From assembly GCA_002633005.1 (NCBI GenBank), contig NMRA01000257.1:258566-322565 (forward strand): DNA of 64,000 nt, read 5' to 3'. The notes beneath the pieces are model-generated. The model worked only from the letters and a program-made list of their open reading frames with translations, had not been told where the DNA came from and did no database searches. Shown here one piece after another: positions 13,825 to 24,900 of the stretch. The position numbers and the translations under genes are program-made. How positions within the stretch are numbered: the stretch's first letter is position 1; each line of letters begins with the position of its first letter. The stretch comes from Phoronis australis (lineage: Eukaryota; Animalia; Phoronida).

Positions 13825-16800
13825 TATGACACTTCAACTACTGCCCAGTGAAGCCGGAAAACATCCACATTGCCTTGTCCGACTATAATGCCAAAAAAAT
13901 AAGATTATATAGTTTCTCGTTTTACATGGACCCCGTACAGTTGCCAATACATACAGCAATAGGCATGCAGTATTCGGTGCCATCAACTTATAGTAAAATA
14001 TATATTCCCTCATTCAGGAGACAATAAAGGGGACAAGTGACATTATATACATTTATTTTATATTTTTGTTAATTCCACAAAAGACAAGTATCGTCAAAGT
14101 AAATATTTTATAATTTTACAGTTCTATACCATAGCGTCTATCAAGCAATGCTTATAGCCTTGTGAGAGTGTGAAACTGTCTTTTGCTTGGTCAACTTCTA
14201 ATTTTGGTGTGTTAAGACTGGAGTCGACAGGAACGAAATCCAATTTCTTTCAGTCAAAGACATTTTAGACATTGGACATTTTCACATAATCACAAGTCAT
14301 TTCATTACAATCCCATTGAACAACACTGACAATGTTCTGCCCTTATTATGTACCACTCTCCTGGAGTATAAAATCAAGAAATTTCCACTTTCAGGACCTA
14401 ATCCAGATTCAGAATCACACTTCATTGAACTTGTCAAGCAAGCCTTTTGTGTATTGGTACACAAAATTGTGGTTAAGGTGGTCAGAGCTTATACAGACAC
14501 ACAAATGAATCAACAGGTGAAAGTTAAGTCTAATTTCTCTGAAAGTTAACCGTTTTTTCTTCATTCGAAGTTTTTAGGTGAAAATATTTCATACAAAACA
14601 CATCTGCCTCACGACGTTTGTTTAAAGTCGTTTGCAAAATGTATTTTTAAATATTGGTTATCAAGCCCACTTTTTACAACATAATTGCTGGATTACATGA
14701 GCTTATCAGATGAAAGCGGACAATAAGAGAGCTGGACTGTGTAAACATTGGTTTGCCACTGTGAAACTGATAACAACACCCCTGTATCCCAACAGGCCAA
14801 TCAGTCAGTCCTGATACTCATTCCTCAGCACGGGTGCGTATCCTCCATGCAAGTGTGCAGAACATTGTTCATCATCATATCCCATTTGGCCACAAGTCGT
14901 ATTTCATTATGTCGCCACTAAATCAAAAATATCTATGATGAAAATGAGAAAATTAATTCTTGATTTTTGTCTAAAACTGCTAAGATTTAATGTCAATTTT
15001 AACTCACTGCTGTTATGACAAAAAGCGCATGGGATCTCTATTTCTTAAGCTGGGCAGGTGGTGAATTCTCCAGTCAGATACAATACATGCCAGATGTGAC
15101 TTAAAAGTCATGCCGCCTGTAACTCACATTATTTTTGGTAAACATGATTTTTTTGATTAAAACATAAACGTTGTCAAGTATGTTAAGATTTTTGATTTCT
15201 AAATCTTGATATTGGAAAGTCAATAAAAGTACAACAAAACAGGTCAGTTATTTTTTCTTACCTAAAGACATATATATACAGTCAAATTTCTTCAACTTAG
15301 AAAACAGCTTAATTAAGCAATTACGAAAAATCTTCCATTCAGTCAACTCCAGGCAATGAGTAGTTTCCAAATGTACACTCTTGCTATTTTAAACACCAAA
15401 GCGCATCAGGAGGTTTGTATGACTACACATTTTGCTTTAGTTTTTCAAAAATAAGGATAACTTCACAAACATGGACAGAAACACAAGAACAACCAATACG
15501 TTCATTTATGTATAAGTTGTATTGTTTTTTATAACAAATGTGGTCCAAATGTCTTATTTGAACAAGTTGAGACCAGTATGAATACAGGGTATAGCATAAT
15601 GTTTCAGCAAATGCCTCGCTTCTGAGAAAGTCAAATGCATTTAGTTTAAATCCCTTCTGACTTCATGATTTTATCACTGTCCATTTATTTGATCATTTGC
15701 AAATCTTCAAAGTAAAAACAACTACTAAGCATATTTTTATTAGCTGAAAATTGTATTTCAGTGGGTGTGACGGATACCTGACTGATGTATCGAATTCACA
15801 TATGTCAGTCATGCAGGTTCTAATGCAACGAATAATTCCTGGGAATTAAAATTTTGGTAAATAGTATTGAATAACAAGATAAAAGAGAATCTGACATTTA
15901 TTTTGCTTGAAAACTTTTAGCACGGATGTATCGTCATGATATCCAAGAGTTGGCCTTTGACCCTGAGAGGTCTAATGATATTCTTGGTTAGTTAAGGCTT
16001 CATGTGGTAGCACAAAATTGATAGCACAGAAGAATTCCAAAACTTGCTTATTACAAAAATTAACACAGTAATAATTGGGTAAAATCTTGGGAGGTCAACT
16101 GACTCCCAAAAATGGTTCCCTATAGACAATTTGAAGGTTATACAACATTTAAGAATGGGTTCTGAAGTATTGTCGAAATCTAATTTTATGTCTGTGCCGG
16201 GTAAAACCTTTTCCATGCAAAAAATTGTTCGATGACACTTGGCTTACCTCAAAATCCAACTTCTGCCTGGTGGTTTGGAAATTGGCTCAGTTATGTTGCA
16301 CATCCAACAGAAATAATGAGGAACATATCATACCAACACTAAACAAACGTCAAACGTTTTAGGTAGTAAAAGTCAAATTTCCTCTCCAATTTTCAAAATT
16401 CAAAAACCTAATTACGTGTGTTTTTCACGAACTATTCCAATATACTATATACAAACTTTTAACTAAAATTTAAAAATAATATATATTGTTATCCCCCAAT
16501 GTGTTTATGATAGTTCCCATAATCTAGAGAACAATAACACCAGCAGCCTGGGTCGATTGAATTACCACAACAGCATGGTGTCTTTGATCTAAACCAGTAG
16601 ATTCTAAACTGCACAAACCGGTGGAGTTGTCCAATCTCGACCAGTTAGGGTATCAATGGAAGATTCTTTTCATGCAACTTATGATGGGGTCACACTGAGG
16701 CCCTTGGGTTGATCTACTACTCGTATCTACCACTGGTACTAACACTCATTGTAATAAAACATAAATGTTGGACACTCCAATCGATCAGTATGATCAGAAT

Positions 16801-19189
16801 TTTCTACTCAAATATGCATGGCACTCTAGAAAATCATTATCAAACAATTTTTAATACCTTTCTTCATTTGATCCCATCAAAGTCACAGCCTTTGAGTGGT
16901 GATTTGGTAACAAAAATCATAAAACACCAAAATCCAATTCAAAGAGGCTGAGTTTGTGATGTCATATGGTAGACAGCCTTTGATCACATGCATCCTGGTT
17001 TTGATGGGCACTCTCGAAGTAATTCCAAAATTCTGTTTTCATCATCCAGCAGAAAGAACAGGAGGTGGAAACGAATGACCGCAAGGCCAAAATACAAATG
17101 TTATTTTATTGCATATCCGCATAATCTCTATAGTCAATTAGCCAGTAGAATGTATTTAAACTCTGAATTTGAATAAAAAATTTTGTTTCCACCTAAAGAA
17201 CCGAAGGTTACTGGCTATTGACGTACTGCCAAATCCAAAAGATGCCGATAGGTGAGTTTCTGTGATTAACATGCGCAGTCACACATTGGAAATCTCTGTC
17301 AAATAGCTGAGTGTCTGCTGTACTCGCAACCAAGAAAATAATACTTATCAAGATACCCTACTCCAGTTCTTGCAAGAAACACAAAAGTTTAATTTCACTA
17401 ACCTCAATCATTTAAACTGAGCGCCAAACTTCCTGACTGCCATAAAGGTTGCTTGCTCAAACTCGAAATTTTATTTTCATCAGGCTTATACTACCGCCCG
17501 GTAGTTACTGAAATTCAGAGTTTGTTTGTTTTGGAAATTCCGTCTCCAATTCACAACTCACAGGACAATTTAATGGGATCAATAATAAGGTTTCAGGAGT
17601 TTATGCGCTACCAATCTGAGGAGGTGTACGCAGGTTTTATTTGGACTTGGAATACTTGAAGTTCGGGACTTAGGCTCGGCAACATTTTATGTCCAACGTC
17701 ACTGAGAAATTCGTCTGCGTCATGCACGCCGGAATTCATGAATCGAGTACTAGTTAGACAGGTTACGTGTCCACTTCAGCCTCGCAGTCCTGTGAGTTAT
17801 TCCAACACAGAGATGGAGATAAATTCAGTGAGGGACAAAACTTACCTCATAGGCTTATATTCTCATATACTAATTACTTGAAATTGACTTATGAAAAGTT
17901 GAAAACTTCCAGCAGCTTGCCAATAACCTGTTGATTGTAAATCACGACGTCTAGCGTTGATAAATTAGTTTTTACTTCCTTATCAGGGGAAGTAATTCTC
18001 AGTTTTCTTAGAACCTCAGTGCTCAGTGCCGTAATATTGCCGAAGGGTTGAGGTTAGTCAGTTTCCGTTTCTGTTGCGAAATATTGTAGCGCCAGACTTT
18101 TGCTTGTATTATTTAAAAATCGCGAAAATTTTGGGATCCCCGGAAAATCTCAGTCGGCAGTAGTATGCAGAGTTAAGCGGCTTTATATGACTCTATTTCA
18201 CAAAAAAACGGTTTTGGCTCCAGTGTCCATCAACTGTTAATTTGCAACTGAGACTTCAAGTGCAGTTGGACTCAGGCAGTTCCGGCCTAAGATGCGTGCA
18301 TAAACCGTTGTACATATATTTTCTTGAATGAACTTATGTACTTCCTTGACAAACGTACTTCCTTAACTTACCTTAAAGACACCTGCCGGGAACTGAAATA
18401 CACAAGCGTAGTTTATTTAGGAGCACTCCCAGGCCCCACAAAATGGCAATAGAAAATCTAATTGTTCTTATATTTTTCTTTGTCGAATTCATTTACTCGT
18501 TTTCATCATCTTCTATTCCATTGAATCCTAATGAATTCTGTTGTTTTTAATGCTCTCACTTTGTTATGTCCTTCTGTGGTCCTCATCCCGTCCTGAGAGG
18601 GAACCTATGAAAGGTAAGTTGCCAAACACACTCTCTGTGGAAAGAATCTACATCATATTAAATTAAAACTGGAAAAGAGTGACAGTTGATTCCATCATCC
18701 GCCCCCCGNAAAAATCAATATTCAATTTTCAACTGAATACGACCTAGATAAACTTCAACAATGAGCAACAAAATGTACTGTTACTAACTTTGCTAAGGCC
18801 GACAATATTCAACGTTACATTTACATGTAGGCCACAACTGAAGCGAGAGCACTAAAATGACACCAGCTGTAGGCCTACCACCCATCATGTGCAAAAGTTT
18901 AGTTTTCAACCTCACAAACACCTCGACATATCTGGCTTGCCGGACAATAACTTTTATGCCCCACTCTGGCAGTTGTGTTCTGATTGTTAAGAAAATTTAA
19001 AAACGCTTAACGTGACACGTATTGCACTCGGTCTACTTGCCTACCACTATAAGAGGACGTGCGCACATGGCAGGCCGGCCGCGGCCTATATTGCACGATC
19101 ACCTGGAACCATTTTTATGCTTTATTAATATATAATTCAGTAAAACCGAGCTCGGAGGACCTAGAAACTTAACTCAAGGGGCTAAAAGC

Positions 19190-19282
19190 AATGTGGTCCA
19201 GTGGGAGTCGAACCCACACGGCCGGGGCGGGGTCTGAGCACCCCGTCGTCACACGTCACTACTGCGCCTGATCAGTGACACC
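19190..19282 (-). mobile_element. tRNA-derived SINE-like head
   Basis: Minus strand has an A-box-like AGGCGCAGTAGTG and B box GGTTCGACTCC; no convincing cloverleaf. Confidence 0.45.
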
Positions 19283-21958
19283 ATGCAGGGACGCGTAACA
19301 CAAATATAAAAAATGTCATCAGGATGCATAACGGTAGTCAAAACGGGTGCGCCCAACATTGCAGAGTAGGAAAGATTTGATGGTTGCGGGGAGGGATCAG
19401 GGGGCGGGGCACCGGTCCCCCGGCAACACTTGGTTCCGTTGACTGACTCGAGGGGCTACGGAAAGAAATGACATTTGGATTCTGAGTGTTTGTTCTGCAA
19501 TTATAGACCTACTAATGAAAAGTTTAGGCCTAAAAACAGGTATGTTCGAAAAATTACTCGTAATTGCGTAGCTAAATGTATGTGCCGCGCGTATATTAGG
19601 CTTGTATATATTATTAGTTTTTACCGTTTCTATGATAATTCTTTTGTGCAATGTTTACCTGTTGCCCAGATGTCGTTTTTTGTTAATTATTTTCTGAGCA
19701 GTAGGCCTACTCTTATCTCTAGTATTCATCTATACCCGTGAAATCAAGTTTTAAAAAATGAACAGTAGTTTACCTTGTTAAAGAATCTAACCCACTTTGT
19801 GTTGCTGACAGCGTACGGTGTGTTTGCCAATTGCCCCGCTCTTGGCGGATTGTCCCATTCTTTGTTTTTTTTTACAACCATCCCGCCACTCACCATCAAA
19901 ATGTCTCGCTTTTTGACAAACGGCGAAATTGACATAATACTATTGTAATTTCTCCGTGACATAGTCATATGTTCCCCTTCGACTAAAATGAAAAAAATAG
20001 TTTCATCATGATGGGGTTTTGCGGCACCCGCATTTTTTCATTCGAGTACAAAAAAAAACGAAAAATGCCGTTGAAAACTTTTGGGTGTCACGTCTGTCGT
20101 TCGACAAGAAAACGCTGACGGGATGTTTTTGTTTTTTGCAACGAATACTTCATCCTTGGCGTTTTGCCTTAGACCCAGATGCACCGCTATTTATTCGGAA
20201 GTCTCACATTTCAATGCGGTCATTCCGTTTTTTCTCTATTAAATGTTGACCGTGTCAATTGGAACAGGTGTCCACTTTCTTTAGTAACAATCCAATGTCC
20301 CTTGTCTACGGTAACATATACACTATATATACGAGGATCCTACTTTCTGAAGTCCTACACTGCAACCAATGTAATGAGCTATCCACGGTACAAGCTATGT
20401 AATACAAGTTTGCCCATTTTTATCTACAAAATTTGCCACTTTTCAGTTATCCTCCTCCCTCTCCCTCTGTCGTCATCGCCATATAATCCCCCGTCCAGCT
20501 TCTAATTACGTCATCACAGCCAACCCCCGCTGTTTTTTGAAGACCCGACGGTTTGTTGGAGATTTCGTCTTTACGATCTAGTGTCAAACTAATGTCGCTT
20601 TATAACCGTAAGTTGCATTTGCCGCTGTTGTATACAGCAATGAAATAAAGTATGCCATTTCAACTATCAAACCAAATATAATGAATATTTTCTTACCTAA
20701 CAACGCCAGAGGAGCGAGGATGCGGCTGGGAAAACAAAATATTTTAATAAGGGCGGCCTGTCACTTTTTATGTGCCCACTTATTTGTTTGTCTGTGTACA
20801 AGTTTACAAGGTAAGTCTAGTGAAATATCAAATCTTGCAAGCGTGAAACGGCAGGTCCCAGTTTTAGAATTAGTTTTTTGGAACTAGTTAGGCCCTAATT
20901 CTGCCAGAAGGGGAATCAGTTTCCCAAATAATATGCCCGGTGAGGGAGATACTCTACTAAACCCCATGAGGACGTCATCATGGATCTAACCCCACCTCCC
21001 TCCCCGTCATAAATCGACCGTCCAGACCCTCTCCCCCTCGAATGATGACGTAATATGTGAACCCTCCCTAACGGTTTTCTTATACGACTCTTACGCAATT
21101 CGGTTGAGAAACGGCGGAGTCACTAAAACTCTTAGCGACAGTTAATTCCATAGCAAGGTCCAACAACAGAAGGAACAAACGAATACAAATTCCACGAATA
21201 CGCAGCGCAACCTCAGCAGCGCGAGATTGAAGCTAGCATTCCAGGACTAGAGTTCTATGGGAGAGCGAAACTTTATTTAATAACGGAACTTGGGGTGCAG
21301 TATGAAAGCACAGTAAATCAATTCTGGCAAATTCAGTGTAATAATACTTATATATATATATATATGCTTAACAAGATGACAATGTAAAATCCCAACTCCT
21401 GCAATAACATGGCAACGGGTGTCGCGGACGCCTTGATCACGCACTATAGTGCTGTGGTATGTCTCTGTACCCTCAAGTAATGACGTAATGCGTGAACGAT
21501 CCAAATGTAAATGCCATCAAAACACGATAACACTTGTCGCTGTCCATCTCGATTATGGCAGTACGGTATGTGGCTGGTGCTGTGTCGATTGTCGGCTTTA
21601 GGTTTAGTCAGTGGTGGAGTGCGGCTGTGGTCCGTCCGTGAACGTGTTTTATTATCGTTCCAAAAAAGGCTTTTGTGATAGAAATATTTTTGTTGCACAC
21701 TTTACCTAAAATAGATGTTTTTTTTCAGCAAGGAGCTTGAATTAAAAAAAGAGGAAAACAGAAAAAAAATAAATTGCCACTAGGAGGCACAGAGTTAGTC
21801 AGATTGGTTTGAAATAAAACAGTTTCTCAACCAATCTAACCAGACCTACCCCTGTAATAAGTTGGCATTTTCCAACCCCCCCCCCCCATCAGCAATGATG
21901 TAATATGTGAAAGCTCAATACAACCAGATACTAGAAACAAACAATTATTCCTTTAATT

Positions 21959-21964
21959 TTTATT
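21959..21964 (-). terminator. RPS8 polyadenylation signal AATAAA
   Basis: TTTATT on the plus strand about 35 nt past the stop codon, consistent with the short 3' UTRs of ribosomal protein genes. Confidence 0.7.
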
Positions 21965-21998
21965 GGATGTTTTTGTATATTACAAGTAATGTGGTAGT

Positions 21999-24900
21999 TT
22001 ATTTGCCCTTCTTGGATCTCATCTTCCTCAGGTAGAACTCTAGTTCTTTGCCCTCAAGAATATAACCATCACAGCGCCCACACTGACCAGGTCTTGAGGA
22101 GATGGCAGCTGAAACAACCATAGGATGATTATTATCTGGTAAAGCAACACCATGCTACTAGCATTACTTTGCAAGGTAAGTTTACTACTACTAATGCATT
22201 AGACAGGCACCAAAAAACTGGAGAACACATGAAACATGGTCATCTACTTTCAGCAGACAAAGTAACTGCTGAGAAATCTCAATCAAACAATTCATAGAAC
22301 ACCCAAAAAGTAAATTACAACATCTCAGCTTAAAGGCCATCACTGCATCCTATCTAATTTTATGCATATTTTATATTTTCTACCTTATTTTACTAGTCAC
22401 AGAACATTACATATGTCAAAATATCAAAACCAGGCCATTTTTGTGTGATGAAGCGACACCTGGTGTCAGGTCACAATGAAGGTTATGCTTGGGGTTTATA
22501 AACAAACACAACAAAACCTGAATCCTTGTACATGCAAAATTTTGTGCTGGATTTGTTGAGCTCACTTGGGACTCTTAAAATGTTTATGTTATGCATTTCA
22601 AAACATAACACACAGATACCGTTCAAGATGATAAATTTATCATACATACGTTGACTGATTGGCGATTACATAAATATGGCCACTAAAATATGACAGTTGT
22701 TTGTCGCACTCTGTATTAATGACGTTGCCACAAGAAGTCAGTGTAACTATGACAATCAGGAAGTCATGGGCTGTTGCATGAGCGCCAGTACGGCAAGCAA
22801 CCACCTCTCCATAATATGGTCATCATTCTTCTTGTAGCACACAAAGTCCATTCAATAGATGCACCATCAAAAATTAACGAAACTAAAGTTCCGTCCATTT
22901 TCAAGTAAAACTACACTCCAAATGTAGCACTGAAGGCAAATTCAACATTGCAATACTCTATGCCAATAAGCACGCCCTAAAAGTTATTCGATGAAAACTT
23001 AAACAGAGGCTGATGTAAATCAGTTCACTCACAAGCGCATACAGAAGCCGCCTATGTTAGAGTAACTTTCAGTTTCAATACAATTACGAATTATTATCTG
23101 TGCATGGCCAACATTGCATTGTGGACGTCTGCCATTGTCGTAACATGTTGTTCACCAAAAGGACAACATTTAATACTGTGAACATTCACTCACCATATAA
23201 TCGACCGGTAGCAAATTCATCTTCAAGATGCTGTTCCACAGGGGCTACCTTTTTGCGCTCATCGTATTTCTGTTGGGTTTTCTTAGAGCGAGCTTTGTTA
23301 ATAGCAGCCTCCTCCTCTTCACTCTGTAAGCACGTAGTGTATATCCATCCAATGATTTCATAGAACTCACAAAAACAAATTTTGCGAGACAAATCCAACT
23401 AAGCCACAAAAGCAGACTATTTTGCAATGCTTCCTTTTTTGCACTAATTACATCTTGACATCACCCTCCATGCGGCGTTTGTGAAACTATTTAACTGCTT
23501 TCTAATTACACATTAGCGAAATGCCACCCAAACATCGTTGCCAGGTTTCGCTAATTCACAACTTACAACTCTAAATGTTTTCAGTTGTAGTATGTGCAAA
23601 ACAGTTTCTTACCAGTTTTGCCCCCTTCCTCCGGCCGAGAGGTAGAGCATAGTGAGCTTCGTACCACTGCCTGAACGGAGTACCATCAATCTGGACAATA
23701 GCATTCTTAACCAAAGTTTTGGTTCTCACCAACTCATTGTTTGAAGCATTGTAAACAACATCAATGATCCTAGTCTTACGAGCTTGTCCTGAAACCAACC
23801 AATCGTAAGTTTCAATAACTTGATCACATACAAAACAATGGTAAGTTCAATAATTGCGAGAGCATATCAGAACGTTGGGACTCGAGCTGTCGTCAATAAG
23901 CTTCAGTCGAAAGATGGTAACAGTGAGTTTCATCACTTATGCTCAGCTATAAAATTTACCATTTTGCAACGGTAATTAACTTAGTCGTGGCAAGCACTAG
24001 TGGTTTTACATTCCATGAGTAAGACAAAAAAATTTTCATTTTCCACAAGTTACTTTCTGCACAAAAAGCAGTTGTATAACTTAAGGTGATCATTGACAAG
24101 CAAGCACAACAGAACGCAACAACTTACAATGTCTCCAAAATTGAGAGTATCAATGAATCTTATAAAACTAGCGTTAAGCAGTGTAGGTTGCAAGCCACAG
24201 AACGGTGTTTTTTTTGTTTCCAAGTGCCGAGTCATTTTCATTTTATCTCATCAGATGAGCCGGCCCAGGAAGGTGAAAATTATTTGGGAACGGACAATTT
24301 TGGCTTCGTCACAAGTCCTGCCCCGTGGTTGCTACCATTTTCGACCCAGGCCTGCTAAATTCTTCACAAATCAAAAAAACATTCTCACAGCTTTCGCCCA
24401 TGGGACCTGATTTTTCACCTCTCATAAGTTCTTTAATCATGCAAAAAACTGATCATGAGGGTGCTGCAACATTATATAATGTAGATTCCCCAAGCTTCCA
24501 CCAGTTTTTGTGTGTCAATTCCAAGTTTCCACACCTAAAAACTACCTGTCATTAAAAATGAATTCTACAGTAATAGAATAAGCAAAACAATAACTATACC
24601 TGAACTGTTTTGTAAAGAAAGTACACAAATCATCGAAAATTTAACTGGCAAATAAAATGGTGGCAGAGGACGAAAGTTGAGTTTTAAGGTTTTCCAAGAT
24701 GGCCAATGCATTCTGAATTAAACTGAAAGAGAAAAAGTGCAAATTTACCTTCAGATCCCCATGCAAAGTTGCCGTGATCCAAACGCAGAGCTCTGTACTT
24801 TTTGTTACCACCACGAGTTCGGACAGTGTGGATCCTCTGACTACCAAGCTATAAAAAACGAATGTACAGTTAACAGTGTTGAATTAGAGATATATAAAGT

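Noticed and set aside
23512-23555. 10-bp stem (ATTAGCGAAA/TTTCGCTAAT) in RPS8 intron 4 as an H/ACA snoRNA
   Set aside because: No convincing second hairpin or terminal ACA box.
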